From the IMG/VR virus record IMGVR_UViG_3300045988_065571: 64,000 nucleotides of DNA; one strand, written 5' to 3'. Source of the DNA: a virus. The notes under the pieces are model-generated. The model did no database searches and was not told the DNA's origin. It worked only from the letters and a program-made list of their open reading frames with translations. Shown here piece by piece: positions 63,472 to 64,000 of this stretch. A program made the position numbers and the translations under genes. Numbering within the stretch: the first letter of the stretch is position 1; every line of letters starts with the position of its first letter.

Positions 63472-64000
63472 TCGAAAAATATACCCAGACTTAATATATG
63501 TATGGACTTGGAGGCCTGATGAATATTGGGGATGGACCAAATACCAATATGCAACAGAAAGTAAATACCGAACTGAGAAGTTGTTATATAAAAAACATAT
63601 ATGTGGTTTAGGATTCTTTTCAAGATACCATGCTAGAAGAACCATAACTCTTTTATTAGGAGTAGATGCCAATTTATATATTCATACTATCAAAGGTAAG
63701 AATCTTATAAAACAAGGCATAACTGATTTACCTAAGAAATGTCATCAATCGATATTCTTCAAAGGTAAGCCAACTAAAATACGAAGATTTATCTTTCCTG
63801 CTGAAGCAAGAATGGATAAACATAGGAGAAGGCATTTTGTAGTAAGAATGAATAAAATTTATAAGAAACATGGAAGAAGAGCATTCAACAGGGCATACCA
63901 AATTGCATTATACGGGTATAGGGATGAATTCTCACCTGAATATCGAAAGCAAAAGAGATTACAGGTCCATTCTGCTATCCTACAGGAGATACAACAAGCT
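63449..64000 (+). CDS. Hypothetical basic protein, 3'-truncated by the window edge and absent from the ORF track
   Basis: Hand translation from the ATG at 63449 (MVKLARDNRKIYPDLIYVWTWRPDEYWGWTKYQY...) stays open for 184 codons to base 64000. Overlaps the upstream gene by 23 nt. Confidence 0.5.
   Translation, partial: MVKLARDNRKIYPDLIYVWTWRPDEYWGWTKYQYATESKYRTEKLLYKKHICGLGFFSRYHARRTITLLLGVDANLYIHTIKGKNLIKQGITDLPKKCHQSIFFKGKPTKIRRFIFPAEARMDKHRRRHFVVRMNKIYKKHGRRAFNRAYQIALYGYRDEFSPEYRKQKRLQVHSAILQEIQQA

Noticed and set aside
62859-63672. Minus-strand ORFs at 62859-63083, 63065-63277, 63414-63623 and 63445-63672.
   Set aside because: They are antisense to continuous + strand ORFs (62896-63471 and the open frame 63449-64000). 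The whole region otherwise follows the + strand, overlap-coupled gene pattern.
1-64000. Possibility of tRNA genes, stop-codon reassignment (as in some gut phages), integrase or lysogeny genes, or CRISPR arrays.
   Set aside because: Non-coding gaps are short and none folds into an obvious cloverleaf by eye. All long genes are intact under the standard code, with conserved motifs in frame, so no recoding is needed. No tyrosine or serine recombinase or repressor motif was recognised. No regular repeat-spacer array is present. A tRNAscan or Infernal run would settle the RNA question.

Overview
The window is a near-contiguous 64-kb stretch of a tailed dsDNA phage genome with a contractile (myovirus-type) tail. 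It is visibly AT-rich and densely packed, with many ATGA or TAATG start/stop overlaps. All credible genes are on the + strand except one, at 38099-38758. There are three modules. (1) About 0.2-38 kb is the virion module: large terminase, portal, prohead protease/scaffold, decoration-like protein, major capsid, a PKD-domain protein, a 2026-aa fibre, a BACON-like repeat protein, sheath, tube, a chaperone with a -1 frameshift, tape measure, a P2/Mu-type baseplate (X, D, V, W, J, I), and two tail-collar fibre proteins. (2) About 38.9-60.8 kb is the replication, nucleotide-metabolism and recombination module: DnaB-like helicase, primase, HNH endonuclease, SF2 helicase, three dUTPase-type genes, a thymidylate-synthase-fold gene preceded by a weaker candidate, family A DNA polymerase, GroES-like protein, RecA, FEN, dNMP-kinase-like protein, Mre11/Rad50 and a resolvase-like nuclease. 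(3) About 60.8-64 kb holds regulators: a NusG-like protein and an HTH protein. BACON-like repeats, TAnnTTTG promoter-like boxes and generally weak Shine-Dalgarno usage suggest a Bacteroidota host; this is inference. I found no tRNA, rRNA, CRISPR array, integrase or reverse transcriptase. The most interesting signals are: a redundant pyrimidine-nucleotide gene cluster that could encode a non-canonical thymidine pathway; a phage-borne transcription toolkit (sigma-like, NusG-like and HTH proteins) alongside many intrinsic terminators inside the late operon; and a -1 frameshift in the tail chaperone gene that the ORF track does not show. All functional calls come from motif recognition by eye and gene order. 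No database search was run.
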